32,838 nt of DNA, from positions 1 through 32,838 of IMG/VR virus record IMGVR_UViG_3300018050_001174; one strand, written 5' to 3'. Below are positions 30,309 to 32,838 of the stretch, piece after piece. A program made the translations under genes and the position numbers. The stretch's first letter is position 1. Each line of letters opens with the position of its first letter. The stretch is from a virus. Its lineage: Duplodnaviria > Caudoviricetes. The notes beneath the pieces were generated by a model. It searched no databases. It was not told the origin of the DNA and worked only from the letters and a program-made list of their open reading frames with translations.

Positions 30309-30377
30309 AGCTCCTGTTTTAACTGAATAAAACAGAACTTTTATAAAGGAGGTTGCTATCTCCTTATTTCTATTTAA
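30309..30377 (-). promoter_or_regulatory. TTAAATA motif followed by a two-hairpin leader; the second hairpin covers the SD
   Basis: AAGGAG/CTCCTT stem at 30346-30365. AGTTCTGTTTTA-loop-TAAAACAGGAGCT stem at 30309-30339 contains AGGAG. Confidence 0.5.
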
Positions 30378-30715
30378 CGTTCAACCTCTCTAAGCATATA
30401 AGAGTCTGAATTTAAGTATTTTAATATTTCTAAAGCAATTAAACGAGGATTTCCCTCACCACAAGTATAAACATCTACCGCTAAACACCCATTTTCTGGC
30501 CAAGTATGGCAAGAAACATGACTTTCTGCGAGTGCAACGACCACTGTACACCCTTGAGGTATGAAACAATGCGAAAATACGTTTAAAACGGTCATTTTTG
30601 CACGCTCAATGCCTCTTAGCATAGCATTTTGAAGCGATTCTACATCATTAATCGCTTCAAAGTTAACATTATACACCTCTAGGAGCAGGTGTTTACCCAT
30701 CGAAACTCGTTCCAA
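30374..30715 (-). CDS. speD: S-adenosylmethionine decarboxylase proenzyme family (class 1b, pyruvoyl-dependent)
   Basis: GKHLLLE, F.PQG.T, LAESH.S.HTWPE (self-cleavage E-S-H) and AVDVYTCG motifs. Start is TTG 30715 or ATG 30700. Confidence 0.92.
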   Translation of the reverse strand: MERVSMGKHLLLEVYNVNFEAINDVESLQNAMLRGIERAKMTVLNVFSHCFIPQGCTVVVALAESHVSCHTWPENGCLAVDVYTCGEGNPRLIALEILKYLNSDSYMLREVER

Positions 30716-30735
30716 TTCAATTTTTATGAAAAATT

Positions 30736-30743
30736 TATTTATT
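30736..30743 (-). promoter_or_regulatory. Possible late promoter AATAAATA upstream of speD
   Basis: Motif overlaps the stop codon of the upstream ORF, 20 nt before TTG 30715. The context is AT-rich, so a chance match is possible. Confidence 0.5.
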
Positions 30744-31329
30744 TTATATAAAAACCCTTGCGTAAATAATCAGAATCCTTCACAAAGGTCATATTTTCAA
30801 TTTTTTCTTCGCCCCAGACTGGAATTGCAACAGAATTTCCATAACGAAAGTCAGGATTTCTGCGGAAATGTACTTCAATTAACTTATCACCAATAAATTC
30901 ACAATTAATCCAATCATAATTACCTTTCAAATCTTTTAAAATATCTGGAAATTGAACATCCTTATCAATTTTTTCCCATTTTTGCCATTTATAGTAAGGA
31001 TCATTCTGATCTTTTTTACCCAAAACAACTAATTCTGCTTTTTGTTGATAAAAATCAACACTCAAATGTTCACCTTTGAAGATCTCACACCAAAATTCTG
31101 CAGGATGTATATGATCTGTATATTTTTCAATCCATTCATTACGAGCAAAACGCCCCATACCAAGTAAATTAAAAGAAGGACGCACAATATAAAAGTCAGG
31201 TTTAGGAACTGTGGTTCCAACAGGACCACAAATATAACCCAAAACCCGACTTAAAAATAATTTGTTATATACCCACAGATCTGATGAATGAATAAAGTTC
31301 CATTCATCGTTTCCATTTAGGTTATACAT
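30739..31329 (-). CDS. Minimal ATP-grasp-fold protein (196 aa), function unknown
   Basis: Ordered motifs NK, YIVRP..NL.GMG, WCEIFKGEHLSVD and INCEF....IEVHFR match the ATP-grasp pattern (DK, hhKP..G.G, E.h.G.E.SVD, E...EhN.R). Confidence 0.7.
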   Translation of the reverse strand: MYNLNGNDEWNFIHSSDLWVYNKLFLSRVLGYICGPVGTTVPKPDFYIVRPSFNLLGMGRFARNEWIEKYTDHIHPAEFWCEIFKGEHLSVDFYQQKAELVVLGKKDQNDPYYKWQKWEKIDKDVQFPDILKDLKGNYDWINCEFIGDKLIEVHFRRNPDFRYGNSVAIPVWGEEKIENMTFVKDSDYLRKGFYIK

Positions 31330-31332
31330 TTA

Positions 31333-31485
31333 TTATTTGCCTTGACCTCTATATTTTTTACGAGCTACGTTGCGAGACGTAGCGGCGTATTTAGTTCCAT
31401 TTCCTGTTCCTTGACGAGATTTTTTAGGCTTCCCTGGAACATAAGAACTATGCTTATTTAATCCGCCTTTTGCTTTTGCTGCCAT
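31333..31485 (-). CDS. 50-aa highly basic peptide not in the ORF track (MAAKAKGGLNKHSSYVPGKPKKSRQGTGNGTKYAATSRNVARKKYRGQGK)
   Basis: Manual translation; GGAGG SD upstream of the ATG; ends TAA TAA ATG directly into the next gene; C-terminal KKYRGQG motif recurs in small phage ORFs. Confidence 0.85.
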   Translation of the reverse strand: MAAKAKGGLNKHSSYVPGKPKKSRQGTGNGTKYAATSRNVARKKYRGQGK

Positions 31486-31652
31486 ATATTATCCTCCAGT
31501 AAAATTTCAGTTTCAATATCAGATGGATTTGGAGAACCTGTCTGATAATACTCAATTGACAGATCCTCCATAGTATCAAAGTATTCTTCTTCTGTGAGAG
31601 AAGTATAAATTCTTCTCCCTTTACAAAGAATGTTATACCGTTCGTTAGCCAT
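31458..31652 (-). CDS. Acidic hypothetical protein (64 aa, MANERYNILCKG...)
   Basis: ATG at 31652 lies 4 nt after the upstream stop. The longer 31808 start would overlap the GT-like gene by about 150 nt. Confidence 0.75.
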   Translation of the reverse strand: MANERYNILCKGRRIYTSLTEEEYFDTMEDLSIEYYQTGSPNPSDIETEILLEDNIWQQKQKAD

Positions 31653-31656
31653 TCTA

Positions 31657-32415
31657 TCAGATAATTCTTGATTTTTCGTGTCCGACTCTAATACGAGGGT
31701 CGCACCAAATTTCAAAGCCTGCTTCTTTAGCATCCAAACAGAATGATACGTCTTCTCCGCACATATCCTGAACATCACCAGATTCAAAGACTTGCATTTT
31801 AGGTGCAAACCAAGGATACTTCATTTCAGAATGCTCAAACACGCCATGCTTAATTAAAAGCCAACCAAAACCCGTATAATCTACAGTGAAAGGTCTACGA
31901 CGCTTTGAGATACTTTCAAGCGTTTCGTGGTTCATTACACCACCATTGTTGCGGAAGTCATCTTCTTCTAGCCAGTGTGCAACAGAGGTCGTATGACCGT
32001 CTTCAGTGCAATACCAACCTGCAGCAATGTCCTTATCCATCAGAACAAGTTGCCAGAAGTTTTCAGTATTAAAAACAATATCACTATCAATCCACAATTG
32101 ATAATCATATTTTAATTTACCATCCCAGGGAATTTGGTCAGGTCCACGCAGAACATTCGCACCTAAACATTTGCATCTTGCAAAGTTTACCATTGATGAA
32201 TAGTCTTGCGAAATTTGAATATTTGCCCCACTCTGCACAAGATCAAAACAGAGTTGTACAAAGTTCTTCAAATAAGTGTAAGAAACACCGCGCCCAGGAA
32301 GACAGAAGACAATTGATTTGCCTCTGATCATTTCTCTTGCAGCGTTGTAATCCCAGTCTTCTTGTGATTTATTCACAATGGGAGCTTTTGCTTTAACTGT
32401 AAATCCTTTAGCCAT
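31657..32415 (-). CDS. Glycosyltransferase-like protein (GT-A fold, GT2-like)
   Basis: SIVFCLPG N-terminal strand, FARCKCL, LWIDSDIVF (DxD), VDYTGFGWLLIK..VFE, GEDVSFC and IWCDP.IRVGHEK motifs. Confidence 0.8.
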   Translation of the reverse strand: MAKGFTVKAKAPIVNKSQEDWDYNAAREMIRGKSIVFCLPGRGVSYTYLKNFVQLCFDLVQSGANIQISQDYSSMVNFARCKCLGANVLRGPDQIPWDGKLKYDYQLWIDSDIVFNTENFWQLVLMDKDIAAGWYCTEDGHTTSVAHWLEEDDFRNNGGVMNHETLESISKRRRPFTVDYTGFGWLLIKHGVFEHSEMKYPWFAPKMQVFESGDVQDMCGEDVSFCLDAKEAGFEIWCDPRIRVGHEKSRII

Positions 32416-32438
32416 AAAGATAAGTTGTTTACTTCAGT

Positions 32439-32467
32439 ATCATACAATATTATGTAGCAGTTGTCAA
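32439..32467 (-). promoter_or_regulatory. Host sigma70-type (early) promoter TTGACA-N17-TATGAT
   Basis: -35 TTGACA at 32467-32462, 17-nt spacer, -10 TATGAT at 32444-32439, 23 nt upstream of the ATG at 32415. Confidence 0.85.
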
Positions 32468-32638
32468 TCAGTCTCTATCTGATAGAATAACTTCATTACC
32501 TTCGAGTACGATTTTAATTTCCGTATCTTCGTACCAAGAAAGTTCATTGATAATCTGTTCTGGAATTACGATATAATACTCTCCAGTAATTGGATCGACT
32601 TTAACGGGCTCGAAAATATCTCCGGAATTTTTTCTCAT
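32468..32638 (-). CDS. 56-aa AbrB/MazE/SpoVT-like DNA-binding protein, not in the ORF track (MRKNSGDIFEPVKVDPITGEYYIVIPEQIINELSWYEDTEIKIVLEGNEVILSDRD)
   Basis: Manual translation; G..hhhIP..h...L.W...D.h.h..EG..hhL swapped-hairpin pattern. Confidence 0.8.
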   Translation of the reverse strand: MRKNSGDIFEPVKVDPITGEYYIVIPEQIINELSWYEDTEIKIVLEGNEVILSDRD

Positions 32639-32691
32639 TTTTGTATAATATTCAACCTTTTGATAACATTATATATTCTCCGGAATTTTTT
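32619..32691. repeat. Two exact 15-bp direct repeats TCTCCGGAATTTTTT (32619-32633 and 32677-32691)
   Basis: Read directly; 58-bp period; palindromic TCCGGA core. Confidence 0.85.
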
Positions 32692-32810
32692 GATTAGAGA
32701 GATATTGAGAGGTCGATCTGGGTCGTTTATAGCTTATGGGGACCCATCGAATTTATAACGCGGTCGCGCTAGGGCGCAATCGCCATCAACACCCTGCCCA
32801 ACACGAACGA

Positions 32811-32836
32811 CTGCCCCCCACGAACGCAGGGGGCAG
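32811..32836 (-). terminator. Strong GC-rich hairpin; possible terminator or structured-RNA element
   Basis: Minus strand CTGCCCCCTGC-GTTC-GTGGGGGGCAG forms an 11-bp stem with two G-U pairs, followed by TCGTTCGTGTT (imperfect U tract). Confidence 0.45.
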
Positions 32837-32838
32837 GG

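Noticed and set aside
30346-30365. GATAGCAACC resembling part of a SAM-I riboswitch core next to speD
   Set aside because: It lies downstream of speD, is too short, and lacks the P1/P2 architecture. Kept only as a generic structured leader.
31653-31808. N-terminal extension of the 116-aa ORF
   Set aside because: It overlaps the conserved C-terminus of the GT-like gene; ATG 31652 gives a clean operon junction.
32644-32649. Plus-strand TATAAT as a divergent promoter
   Set aside because: There is no -35 or extended -10 match and no downstream plus-strand ORF visible within the window.
32700-32838. tRNA or CRISPR array in the GC-rich end
   Set aside because: No cloverleaf could be built, and there are only two imperfect 16-mers with no spacers.

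Overview
AT-rich segment of a T4-like cyanomyophage-type genome (Kyanoviridae-like, inferred from gene order and protein motifs). All credible genes lie on the minus strand. In transcription order: a GC-rich structured non-coding end, an AbrB-like small gene, a sigma70-type promoter, then an accessory cluster (GT-A/GT2-like protein, 64-aa acidic ORF, 50-aa basic YRGQG peptide, minimal ATP-grasp protein, SpeD-family decarboxylase, 84-aa acidic ORF). The structural module follows: gp25, gp6, a 4158-aa gp7-like protein, gp8, a 2396-aa DUF4815/VrlC-like protein, four small ORFs, gp13, gp14, gp15 and gp16. The window ends with a 538-aa modular basic protein and the start of an ORF carrying a T4-type capsid-targeting sequence. 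Several T4-like late promoters (TATAAATA and variants) punctuate the module. Four short genes missing from the supplied ORF track were read manually. The best leads are: (1) the 538-aa protein looks like a prohead-protease-processed polyprotein of small Cys-paired basic modules; (2) the GT/ATP-grasp/SpeD/peptide cluster may be a modification system, possibly linked to G-hydrophobic-(G)-S/T-T motifs that pervade the virion proteins; (3) a hidden NblA-like ORF sits among the structural genes. All family assignments come from recognising motifs by eye; no database searches were run.
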